Assembly (NCBI GenBank): GCA_048058835.1
Contig: JBLLNS010000008.1
Location: 56,231-120,230, forward strand
Direction: 5' to 3'
Source: Oleiphilus sp.
GTDB lineage: Bacteria > Pseudomonadota > Gammaproteobacteria > Pseudomonadales > Oleiphilaceae
Length of the DNA stretch: 64,000 nucleotides
The stretch's first letter is position 1; each line of letters opens with the position of its first letter. Both the position numbers and the translations under genes were made by a program. This document shows positions 1 to 8,258 of this stretch, one piece after another. Below the pieces are notes generated by a model. It did not search any database. It was not told the origin of the DNA and was given only the letters and a program-made list of their open reading frames with translations.

Positions 1-958
1 GACACGTGAGATTAAGCGCTCGACATTAGCTGATGCCAATAGAAACCGAAGCTGTAAACTATTCGAACATGTTTGTGGAAGGCTGATAGGACAAACACAC
101 CGGCAAGTCAGAAGTGAATTAACAGATTTACTGTACTTGATTGATTCAAGCCCAATTTCCCTTAAGGGCTTAGGGTACGATGAATGGACAAAAGATAGCC
201 ACAATCATCGAACTCAAGGGCTAAAAGTTCACATGATCTATGCGCCAGAACTTGAGCTGCCTGTTCATATGAAGATGACAGCGCCCAATATTACCGATGT
301 TGAAGTCGGTCGGGAAACGGTATTGGAAGAAAGTGCCACTTATGTATTTGATAAAGGCTATTACGACTATAACTGGTGGCACGAAATTGAGCAGAACAAC
401 GCAAAATTCGTAACACGCTTTAAGAGCAATGCCAGTGTAAATGTGGTGAAAGATATTGTTGTGCCGATGGATGATGAAGGCAAGATACTCAAAGACGAAG
501 TAGTAAAGTTTAAAAATAAACGCCCAGGTGGAAGTCGAGTGAATCGATATTATGATAAGAGTTTGAGGCGAATTACTGTTCATAGACCAGATAAAAAATA
601 TCCGTTGATATTAGCTTCCAATGACTTTGAAAGATCGGCAGAAGAGATTGCTGGGTTATATAAGAAGCGTTGGAGTATTGAGTTATTTTTCAAATGGTTA
701 AAACAAAACTTGAAAATTAAAAAGTTTTTGGGGCGAAGTGAGAATGCCGTAAAAATACAGATTTACACTGCACTAATTAGCTACTTATTGGCATACAGCA
801 TGAAGAAGCGAGAATGCGGTTGTGGCGCGATGAAGCACTGGTTTATAGAATTGAGATCAACATTGTTTAAGCGTACTGAAATTGAGAGCGATAGAGCGAA
901 AAAACGAAGGAGGTGGGAAAAAGAGTTCCATCACCTCCAAGGAAATTTATCGATATGA
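1..958 (+). CDS. IS4-family DDE transposase, 5' end cut by the window edge
   Basis: The frame of ORF 137..958 stays open back to nt 2 (TREIKRSTLADANRNRSCKLFEH...), so the listed TTG start is an artefact. The C-terminal block KRWSIELFFKWLKQNLKIKKFLGRSENAVKIQIYTALISYLL is a typical IS4/IS5-type DDE transposase signature. Confidence 0.85.
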   Translation, partial: TREIKRSTLADANRNRSCKLFEHVCGRLIGQTHRQVRSELTDLLYLIDSSPISLKGLGYDEWTKDSHNHRTQGLKVHMIYAPELELPVHMKMTAPNITDVEVGRETVLEESATYVFDKGYYDYNWWHEIEQNNAKFVTRFKSNASVNVVKDIVVPMDDEGKILKDEVVKFKNKRPGGSRVNRYYDKSLRRITVHRPDKKYPLILASNDFERSAEEIAGLYKKRWSIELFFKWLKQNLKIKKFLGRSENAVKIQIYTALISYLLAYSMKKRECGCGAMKHWFIELRSTLFKRTEIESDRAKKRRRWEKEFHHLQGNLSI

Positions 959-962
959 TTTT

Positions 963-993
963 ATTCCGGACAGTAGTGCGCCTGCGCGGGAAT
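963..993. repeat. REP-like nested hairpin just after the transposase stop (could instead be the IS terminus)
   Basis: ATTCCG(963-968)...CGGGAAT(987-993) encloses GCGC-CT-GCGC (978-987). The GTGCGCC-N-GCGC core resembles the REP palindrome at 10656-10673. The GGAATGACGG tail recurs at 32695 and 32866. Confidence 0.35.
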
Positions 994-1153
994 GACGGAG
1001 GTGTGGCCAGGGAATGGTGGAGTATGGAAGGATCGAGCGACCACTTTGCGGACTTTCTTGTCTAAGAGGTGCTGAACGATGAGGCCAAAACTAAATGTAT
1101 AGCTGTATGTGCAGGTTCGAGCCGATACACATTAGCTTTATCGCCTTTGGTGA

Positions 1154-1642
1154 TTAATACAATTTATGTATTTCATAGACCTGTTTTTTGTCATTTTGAC
1201 GAAGCGTCACTTCATCACCCTCAGACGCACCTTGAAGTCTTTTTCCGAGTGGCGAGGATAGGGTGATTAGCATAATAGTGTTACTGTCATGCTCGATACA
1301 TACGCCGCCCGCAACCGGGCTTAAAAAAACAAATTTATGTTTGTCATCCTGATCAATTAACTGCACCAAAGCCCCCAGTTGGATTTCATCTTCAGGTCCA
1401 AATGACTGAGCTTTGAGTTTGTTAAATATGCTTATATTCTCTTCACACTCTGTGACACGGCGAGATTGACCTTCAGCCAGATAAGAGGCTTCAAGCCCCA
1501 GTGTATCGTACTTATTTTCTGCTTTGTTTTCCTGGTCTGTAGCAGAAGAACGTGCTTGCGCGGCGGCTTGAATAGCTGTATTGAGCGTCTCTGTTAGCGC
1601 TTGTTCTATTGTTAAATGCAGTGTCTGTTTGTTGATCATCAT
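1154..1642 (-). CDS. GreA/GreB-family transcript-cleavage-factor-like protein
   Basis: 162 aa with an N-terminal helical region. The C-terminal segment (FVFLSPVAGGV...LSSPLGKRLQGASEGDEVTL...YEIHKLY) matches the GreA C-terminal domain pattern. The start is ATGATG. Confidence 0.7.
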   Translation of the reverse strand: MMINKQTLHLTIEQALTETLNTAIQAAAQARSSATDQENKAENKYDTLGLEASYLAEGQSRRVTECEENISIFNKLKAQSFGPEDEIQLGALVQLIDQDDKHKFVFLSPVAGGVCIEHDSNTIMLITLSSPLGKRLQGASEGDEVTLRQNDKKQVYEIHKLY

Positions 1643-1654
1643 AGTTAATCTTAT

Positions 1655-2008
1655 TCATTGCTGGTTTATAAATGTGTGCTGATGACGGCCTAAACCGACC
1701 ATATCCACGCCTTCGTCCAAAATCTGTTGAGTACCCGCTTTGGCTCACTTTTTAAATAAATCCAGATTTGTGCCTGTTTCCAGTGCAACACCCCCTGGAC
1801 CTGTCATAGCTCGATGATCAACCATCACGTTTCCTGTGATCAGCAAGCCTGCTCCGCCTGACGACTACGTCTTATATAACTGAATTAAGGCTTCGCTAGG
1901 TAAATGCCCTGTCGCGGCCATATTTTCTTCCATCGCCGCTTTGGCGATACGGTTTGTAAGCCTTTGTCCGTTTGGCAACGTTAAGGATGAAAAGACGTTA
2001 GTTGACAT
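1655..2008 (-). pseudogene. Remnant of an NADH:flavin oxidoreductase (Old Yellow Enzyme family), with an in-frame TAG and a large internal deletion
   Basis: The minus strand reads MSTNVFSSLTLPNGQRLTNRIAKAAMEENMAATGHLPSEALIQLYKT-TAG-SSGGAGLLITGNVMVDHRAMTGPGGVALETGTNLDLFKK-TGA-AKAGTQQILDEGVDMVGLGRHQHTFINQQ-stop. N-terminal and C-terminal OYE motifs are present in about 115 codons in total. The TIM-barrel core is missing. Confidence 0.8.
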
Positions 2009-2247
2009 GGTGCACCTTGAGAAATACGGGGTGAGAGGTGTAGGATGAATATGATGAATGAAGCTCAAAGTATACGTTGAAGCACCGCCGCATTGTCAAT
2101 GCATGGGCAAAATGAACTGCTAAAATCGCAGTTGTCTTGGTAAGTCGCGTATCTGCATTCATTTTAATCATGGCACTTAAAGTAAGAACAATAAAATATT
2201 TGGTGCAAAAGTAATTAATCCGGCATGTAAGTTGCTTTTGTCATGCT

Positions 2248-2685
2248 ATGACAGAAACCTCAAGGCTAGGGGATACGATGTCTTTTCTTAAATCAATAAA
2301 CAGGCAAATGGAAAGAAATCAGGCTGCAAGCCGTGCCTTACTGGCGTATTACGATAAGGCGTCTTTATCGGAGTTAGATGAGTTTAAAGAAACCCTTTGG
2401 TCATCTATCGCGGCCTCTTCAAGCCAGACCGCAGTGCTTGAAATAGTGAATACCGAGCAAACCTCGTTGGACTTTATCGTTAAGTTATTTGTCAAGATAG
2501 GCTTCAGTTGTGAGGATGCAGTCCGGCTTATGATGCAACTGCATCAGCATGGCAAGGTGGTTTTGGCAAGGGCCGAGGAGCCACTTCTAGAGGAATTGCA
2601 GGCTTATATTAATACCCAGGCTAAACGCCATCGATGTTGTATTTCCAATGAAATTATTAGATATCAGAATACAGAACTATGTTAG
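2248..2685 (+). CDS. ClpS-like (ATP-dependent Clp protease adaptor fold) protein with a roughly 55-aa N-terminal extension
   Basis: Residues about 63-135 (AVLEIVNTEQTSLDFIVKLFVKIGFSCEDAVRLMMQLHQHGKVVLARAEEPLLEELQAYINTQAKRH) align by eye with the E. coli ClpS core ([47 protein letters not shown]...). An alternative start at ATG 2278 has AGGGGA upstream. Confidence 0.6.
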   Translation: MTETSRLGDTMSFLKSINRQMERNQAASRALLAYYDKASLSELDEFKETLWSSIAASSSQTAVLEIVNTEQTSLDFIVKLFVKIGFSCEDAVRLMMQLHQHGKVVLARAEEPLLEELQAYINTQAKRHRCCISNEIIRYQNTELC

Positions 2686-2879
2686 CTGCGCTGAAAAGGC
2701 ACATAAGGTCATTCAACAAAAATCGACACTCATAGGTGTCTTAATAAGGTGTTTGTTAACTTCCAAAACTGGAAAAAATGCGTCATAGAGACTAGGTTGA
2801 TGTAGAGCATCGCTTTATTACTCACTTAGTTTTGTGTTCAGCCCGAAAAATACGTACACAGTGTCATCATTTCAGCGAT

Positions 2880-2902
2880 TCGTGAATAGTCTTTGTTCAC
2901 GA
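2880..2902. promoter_or_regulatory. Candidate operator palindrome upstream of the catabolic cluster
   Basis: TCGTGAA (2880-2886) - 9 nt - TTCACGA (2896-2902). It lies 18 nt upstream of the ATG at 2920 and next to the AAAGGAGG ribosome-binding site. Confidence 0.25.
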
Positions 2903-2919
2903 TATCCTAAAGGAGGATC

Positions 2920-4092
2920 ATGTCGGACTTTTGGCAAGAGACCATATTAACGGCGAAGCAAATTCGTCATGAATTACATCAACATCCCGAACTCGGTTGG
3001 CAAGAATTACAAACTGCCGAGCGAATTAGACAGAGGCTATCTGAATGGAAAATTCCTTGGAAAGCCTGTGCTAAGACTGGCACATTAGCGTTCATCAATC
3101 ATCAAGAAGGTAAACACGGAAAACATATCGCGCTTCGGGGTGATATAGATGCCTTACCTATTTCAGAACAAACTGACAAAGTTTATCAATCAAAACAAGA
3201 CGGCTGCATGCATGCGTGTGGTCACGATGGGCATACTGCTACCTTGCTGGCGACAGCGCGTTGGTTAAAACACTGTGAATCAGATATTCCTGGACCTGTT
3301 ACTCTGATCTTCCAGCCTGCTGAAGAGGGGGGGCATGGCGCAAAAGTCATGATTGACGATGGCGCCTTAGATGGGGTGGATGAAATCTATGGTTGGCACA
3401 ATTGGCCGGCAATAGGTTTTGGCAAAATACTCTGTCCCGATGGTTTAGTGATGTGTGGTAATGGAACCTTTACCTTAACGGTAAACGGATTGGGTGGTCA
3501 TGCCAGTCAACCAGAGTTATGCCGAGATCCGGTGTTGGCCGCTAGTGCTATCACGCTGGCATTGCAGCAGGTGATCAGTCGCCGTTTAGCGCCACAAAAA
3601 CCAGCTGTGCTCAGTGTCACCTCGATAGATGCGCGCAGTGCAGCAACGGTTATTCCGCAACAAGCCATCATCAGTGGCAGCATTCGGGTACCTGACAAAG
3701 CCACTCGCGTCGAGATTAATCAACTTATTACCGAGGTTGCCACCGATACAGCGCGAAGTTATGGGGTGGATTGTGAAGTGGATATACAGCCTCGCTATGA
3801 AGCAACCATCAATCATGCTTTGCAGGCTAGCAATGTGCGACAAAGCTGGCAGCAGTTTGGGGAGGATGCTTTAGTGAACCAAGCGTTGGCACCGGTCATG
3901 GCATCCGAAGATTTTAGTTATTATTTGCAGAAGATCCCCGGCGCCTTTGCTTTAGTTGGTGCCGACGATGGCCCAGACCATCAAGCGCCTTGTCATAGTC
4001 CACACTATGACTTCAATGATCGCTTAATTGAAAAAGTCACTATTCTATTTTCGCAATTAGTCGGGGCGCCTGTGCCCGATAGTCAAAACTGA
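2920..4092 (+). CDS. M20-family amidohydrolase (N-acyl-amino-acid deacylase / hippurate hydrolase type)
   Basis: 390 aa. Motifs are LHQHPELGWQE, RGDIDALPI, MHACGHDGHTA and FQPAEEGGHGA. A strong RBS (AAAGGAGG) is present. Confidence 0.85.
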   Translation: MSDFWQETILTAKQIRHELHQHPELGWQELQTAERIRQRLSEWKIPWKACAKTGTLAFINHQEGKHGKHIALRGDIDALPISEQTDKVYQSKQDGCMHACGHDGHTATLLATARWLKHCESDIPGPVTLIFQPAEEGGHGAKVMIDDGALDGVDEIYGWHNWPAIGFGKILCPDGLVMCGNGTFTLTVNGLGGHASQPELCRDPVLAASAITLALQQVISRRLAPQKPAVLSVTSIDARSAATVIPQQAIISGSIRVPDKATRVEINQLITEVATDTARSYGVDCEVDIQPRYEATINHALQASNVRQSWQQFGEDALVNQALAPVMASEDFSYYLQKIPGAFALVGADDGPDHQAPCHSPHYDFNDRLIEKVTILFSQLVGAPVPDSQN

Positions 4093-4160
4093 ACCATTCC
4101 GGTTTTATTCAAACTAAGCAGTTTTATCACCAATTTTTATTTTACAGTCAGGAGTTAATT

Positions 4161-5432
4161 ATGAGCATATTCGAACAACGAGAGTCTGATATTAGAGCCT
4201 ATTGCCGTGTCTATCCTGTGGTGTTTGAAAAAGCAGAAAATGCCATTCAGACCGATGAAAATGGCAAAGAGTATATCGATTTTTTTGCGGGTGCAGGGGT
4301 ATTGAATTTTGGTCATAACAACGAGCGAATGACCGAAGCAGTGGTGGCCTACATTCAAGCAAAGGGGGTAACACATAGCTTAGATATGCATACCACCGCC
4401 AAGCGCGATTTTATGCAGAGTTTCGTGGATACCATTCTTGAACCCAGAAAAATGCCTCACAAAATGCAATTTATGGGGCCAACCGGTACTAACTCGGTTG
4501 AGGCAGCCTTAAAACTGGCGCGACGCGCGACAGGCCGCTCCGACATTATTGCGTTTACCAAAGGCTTCCATGGCATGACGCTAGGGTCGTTGGCCTGCAC
4601 GGCGAATGAATACTTCCGCGGAGCGGCTGGCGTGCCTTTGCTGCATGTCGGGCATCAGCCATTTGGCTGTGAAAGTGTATGTCAGGGCTGTGAAATGGGC
4701 TGTGGCGTCGCCAATTTGGAAGCCCTGAGAGCGCAATACAATGACCCATCAAGTGGTGTGAAACCACCGGCAGCTTTCTTGGTAGAAACTATTCAAGCTG
4801 AAGGTGGCGTTAATGTCGCTTCTAAGACTTGGTTGCAGGCCTTGGCGAAACTAGCCAAAGATGTCGGCAGCCTGCTTATTATTGACGACATCCAAGTGGG
4901 TATGGGACGAACCGGTTCCTTCTTCAGTTTTGACGATGCCGGAATAGATCCGGATATTGTCTGTTTAGCAAAAGGCTTAGGTGGTTTAGGCACACCCATG
5001 GCGATGAATTTGGTGAAGCCAGAAATCGATAAGCTATGGTCGCCCGGTGAGCATACCGGTACATTTCGTGGGCAGTCCTTGTCATTTGTCGCAGGTCAGC
5101 AAGCCCTGAGCTATTTCGAAGATGATCGCTTTATGGAAGAAGTTAAAGAAAAATCCGACATTATGCGAAAAGCGTTAGAGCCACTGGAAAAACTCAAAGG
5201 AGTGCAAATCCGGGGTAAAGGCATGATTTTGGGACTAGACGTCGGAGACGGAACGCTAGCCAGGACAATTATTGACGATTGCTTCAGTAAAGGCTTGCTT
5301 ATCGCGACCTGCGGTAGCGGTGGTCGAGTCATTAAACTCATTCCACCTTTAACCATTCCGGAGCGTGAGTTGATGGAAGGTCTCGTTACCTTAGTTAACG
5401 CGACTCAGCAAGCAATGGAGGACGCTGCATGA
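4161..5432 (+). CDS. Diaminobutyrate--2-oxoglutarate transaminase family protein (EctB/DoeD-like class-III aminotransferase)
   Basis: By eye alignment it resembles EctB along its length: ESDIRAYCRVYPVVFEKA, EYIDFFAGAGVLNFGHNN, GPTGTNSVEAA, IIDDIQVGMGRTG and GTFRG. It carries an extra Cys-rich insert (see findings). Confidence 0.85.
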   Translation: MSIFEQRESDIRAYCRVYPVVFEKAENAIQTDENGKEYIDFFAGAGVLNFGHNNERMTEAVVAYIQAKGVTHSLDMHTTAKRDFMQSFVDTILEPRKMPHKMQFMGPTGTNSVEAALKLARRATGRSDIIAFTKGFHGMTLGSLACTANEYFRGAAGVPLLHVGHQPFGCESVCQGCEMGCGVANLEALRAQYNDPSSGVKPPAAFLVETIQAEGGVNVASKTWLQALAKLAKDVGSLLIIDDIQVGMGRTGSFFSFDDAGIDPDIVCLAKGLGGLGTPMAMNLVKPEIDKLWSPGEHTGTFRGQSLSFVAGQQALSYFEDDRFMEEVKEKSDIMRKALEPLEKLKGVQIRGKGMILGLDVGDGTLARTIIDDCFSKGLLIATCGSGGRVIKLIPPLTIPERELMEGLVTLVNATQQAMEDAA

Positions 5433-6697
5433 AAAAACGTGATGATATGACTTTTCCTTTCGAAGAGTATGAACGCCGACTTATCGAGCTTCGCGCTAGA
5501 ATCGCTGAGCGTCACCTAGATGCCGTTGTGGTGACGGATCCGGAAAATATTATGTATTTAACGGATTACCAAACAACGGGTTATTCATTCTTTCAAGCCT
5601 TGGTGGTGCCGGTGGATGATGAGCCATTCATGATCACCCGCGCCTTAGAGGAATCCAACATTTTTGCGCGTACCTGGGTAGAACGCACACGCCCTTATCC
5701 CGATACGGGTGATGCAATACAAATGTTAGTTGATGCACTGCGTGAATTCGGTTTGTCGACAAAACGCATTGGCTATGAACGAAATAGCTATTTCTTTCCG
5801 GCCTATCAACAAGACACCATTCATACCACGCTTACCGATGCAAAATTGCTGGACTGTTTCGGCATTGTTGAAGAGGGTCGTATCTGCAAGTCAGCGGTTG
5901 AAATCGATCTAATGCGAAAAGCGGCTGTCGCCACAGAGGCGGGCATGAAAGCGGGTATCGAAGCATGCCACGCAGGCGCCACCGAAAATGAAATCGGCGC
6001 AGCAGTCAGTGCAGGTATGTTCTGTGCTGGTGGTGAGCCGCCCGCTGTTATGCCATATGTTACCTCTGGGCCGCGGTCGATGATTGGCCATGCAACTTGG
6101 GAAGGTAGAGTGGTAAAACCTGGCGAGCACGTTTTCCTCGAAGTCGGAGGCTGTTACAGGCGCTATCATACCGCCATGATGCGTACGGTTATTTTGGGCA
6201 AATTAACTGAGTCCATGTATAAAGCACAGGAAACCATGAAATTAGCCCTGACCACAATGCACAACGAAATACAGCCGGGCATGACGGTGTCCGATGTCGA
6301 TAATATGATTCGTAAAATCATTACACATAATGATGTTGGTGCAAGCTTAGTGACCCGTTCAGGTTATTCAATCGGGATTGCTTTTCCACCTAGTTGGGAC
6401 GAGGGCTACATTTGTAGTTTGAAGCAAGGTGATTCAACCGTGTTAAAAGAGGGCATGACCTTTCATGTTATTCCGTGGATGTGGGGCGTCGACGGCGACA
6501 AAACCTGCGGAATTTCAGACACGATTTATATCACTGACAAAGGCTGTGAGTCCTTCTTTACCTTAGATAGAGACTTTGTTGTCAAACCCGAACAAGCACA
6601 CAGCAAGAAAGCTAAGCCAAACAACGAGTCGAATGAACCCACATTAGTGGTCGCTAACGACAGTAAACCAAAAACAAAAACCAGTAAAAGCAATTAA
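5429..6697 (+). CDS. M24-family hydrolase (creatinase / Xaa-Pro peptidase fold), ectoine-hydrolase DoeA-like
   Basis: 422 aa. The start overlaps the upstream stop (ATGA). It has the creatinase-type N-domain (LDAVVVTDPENIMYLTDY) and the pita-bread domain (FLEVGGCYRRYH). The C-terminal tail is lysine-rich and low-complexity. Confidence 0.75.
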   Translation: MKKRDDMTFPFEEYERRLIELRARIAERHLDAVVVTDPENIMYLTDYQTTGYSFFQALVVPVDDEPFMITRALEESNIFARTWVERTRPYPDTGDAIQMLVDALREFGLSTKRIGYERNSYFFPAYQQDTIHTTLTDAKLLDCFGIVEEGRICKSAVEIDLMRKAAVATEAGMKAGIEACHAGATENEIGAAVSAGMFCAGGEPPAVMPYVTSGPRSMIGHATWEGRVVKPGEHVFLEVGGCYRRYHTAMMRTVILGKLTESMYKAQETMKLALTTMHNEIQPGMTVSDVDNMIRKIITHNDVGASLVTRSGYSIGIAFPPSWDEGYICSLKQGDSTVLKEGMTFHVIPWMWGVDGDKTCGISDTIYITDKGCESFFTLDRDFVVKPEQAHSKKAKPNNESNEPTLVVANDSKPKTKTSKSN

Positions 6698-6756
6698 TAT
6701 TAGCTATTTTCAAAGTAATGTTTTTGTATTTTTAAGCGTAAGTCGGACCAGTTTTT

Positions 6757-8160
6757 ATGGCTGAGCGTATTTACGCCAAGGAGTCGATCATGAGCCATGT
6801 ATTAACGGCAACCAATCCCTTAACAGGGAAAGTAATACAGCAATACCCGGCACTATCCGGAGACCAGATTAAGTCAACCATTGAACAGGCAGACAGAGCC
6901 TTTTTACTTTGGCGAAAAACCACCTTTGCAGAACGCGGTAAAGTGTTGGTGAATGTCGCTAAGGCCTTACGAGATGCTAAACCCAAGTTGGCCGAATTGA
7001 TGGCTGTCGAAATGGGTAAACCCATCAAAGAAGGGCTAGCCGAAGTTGAAAAAGCGGCTTGGTGTTCTGAATATTACGCCGAACATGCAGAACGTTATCT
7101 GGTTTCAGAAGAGCTTCCTTCTGATGCTTCGCTGAGTTTTGTTTGCTACCAGCCTTTGGGCACCTTATTAGGTATTTTGCCATGGAATGCGCCTTTATGG
7201 TTGGCTGCCAGATATTTCGCGCCGGCCTTGATGGCTGGGAATACCTGCGTACTTAAACATGATCCGAATGTGCCAGGCTGTGCTCAAGCGATTGCCGAGG
7301 TATTTGCCGATGCTGGGGCGCCGGAGAATATTCTGGTTAATTTGCCGGTTAAGACAGAATCTGTCGCCGCGGCTATTCAGCATCCTGCCATACAGGCTGT
7401 TTCCTTCACAGGTTCAGCAAAGGCTGGCGGCATTGTCGCTGCCACTGCAGCAGCCGAAATTAAGCATTCCGTGCTTGAGTTGGGTGGCTCGGATCCTTTA
7501 ATTGTGCTAAATGACGCCGATCTTGATGCAGCCGCAGATGTGGCCACCTTGTCGCGGATTATCAATGCGGGGCAATCCTGTATTGCAGCGAAAAGGGTGA
7601 TCGTCGAAGCGGGGGTCTATGATGACTTCATTGCGAAACTTAAAACCCGCCTTGAGAAACTGAAATTAGGTGACCCCTTGTCAGCGGATACCGATATCGG
7701 GCCGATAGCACGTGAGGACTTAAGACAGAATCTACATCGTCAAGTCAGTGAAACTGTATCAGCAGGCGCAAATTGCTTATTGGGTGGTGAACTACCCGAC
7801 GGGGACGGTTTCTTTTATCCTGTCACCTTGCTGACAAATGTCGATAAAACGATGTGCGCGTTCAAGGAAGAAACCTTCGGCCCTGTCATGGCTGTAGTGA
7901 AAGCGGATGATGGAATGCATGCTTTAGAACTCGCTAACGACAGTGAGTTTGGTTTAGGTGCCAGTATCTGGACTCAGGATATTGCCTTGGCAGAATTTTT
8001 TGCCCTCGAGCTTAATACCGGTCAAGTTGCCGTGAATGGAATCGTCAAGACAGACCCAAGGTTGCCGAGTGGCGGCATTAAAAAGTCTGGTTTTGGTCGG
8101 GAGCTTGGGCCTCATGGCATTAAAGAATTTGTGAATGCCAAACAGGTGTGGATTAAATAA
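6757..8160 (+). CDS. NAD(P)-dependent aldehyde dehydrogenase (succinate/aspartate-semialdehyde dehydrogenase type)
   Basis: ALDH motifs are FTGSAKAG, LELGGSDP, EETFGP and PSGGIKKSGFGRE. The more likely start is ATG 6790 (MSHVL...), which is preceded by AAGGAG. Confidence 0.9.
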   Translation: MAERIYAKESIMSHVLTATNPLTGKVIQQYPALSGDQIKSTIEQADRAFLLWRKTTFAERGKVLVNVAKALRDAKPKLAELMAVEMGKPIKEGLAEVEKAAWCSEYYAEHAERYLVSEELPSDASLSFVCYQPLGTLLGILPWNAPLWLAARYFAPALMAGNTCVLKHDPNVPGCAQAIAEVFADAGAPENILVNLPVKTESVAAAIQHPAIQAVSFTGSAKAGGIVAATAAAEIKHSVLELGGSDPLIVLNDADLDAAADVATLSRIINAGQSCIAAKRVIVEAGVYDDFIAKLKTRLEKLKLGDPLSADTDIGPIAREDLRQNLHRQVSETVSAGANCLLGGELPDGDGFFYPVTLLTNVDKTMCAFKEETFGPVMAVVKADDGMHALELANDSEFGLGASIWTQDIALAEFFALELNTGQVAVNGIVKTDPRLPSGGIKKSGFGRELGPHGIKEFVNAKQVWIK

Positions 8161-8199
8161 CGCTAGGGTTTTGCTTTAACTTATCGAGCAAAACTTAGT

Positions 8200-8240
8200 A
8201 AAAAAAGCGCAGGGGCTTGCAAAGCCACTGCGCTTTCGTT
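8200..8240. terminator. Bidirectional rho-independent terminator between convergent genes
   Basis: The stem AGCGCAG(8206-8212)/CTGCGCT(8228-8234) has an inner GGCTT/AAGCC pairing. It is flanked by an A-run upstream and a T-rich tract downstream. Confidence 0.7.
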
Positions 8241-8258
8241 GTTATTGATTTACCTATC

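Noticed and set aside
1104-1135. GGTTCGAGCC, a T-loop-like string that could hint at a tRNA
   Set aside because: The flanking sequence does not form a T-stem, acceptor stem or anticodon arm. It lies within the 3' end of the GreA-like coding region and the adjacent spacer. No cloverleaf can be drawn.
1512-1748. 78-aa minus-strand ORF overlapping the GreA-like gene start
   Set aside because: It is out of frame with both the GreA-like gene and the OYE remnant, and Arg/Gly-rich. It is explained by the decayed OYE tail read in the wrong frame.
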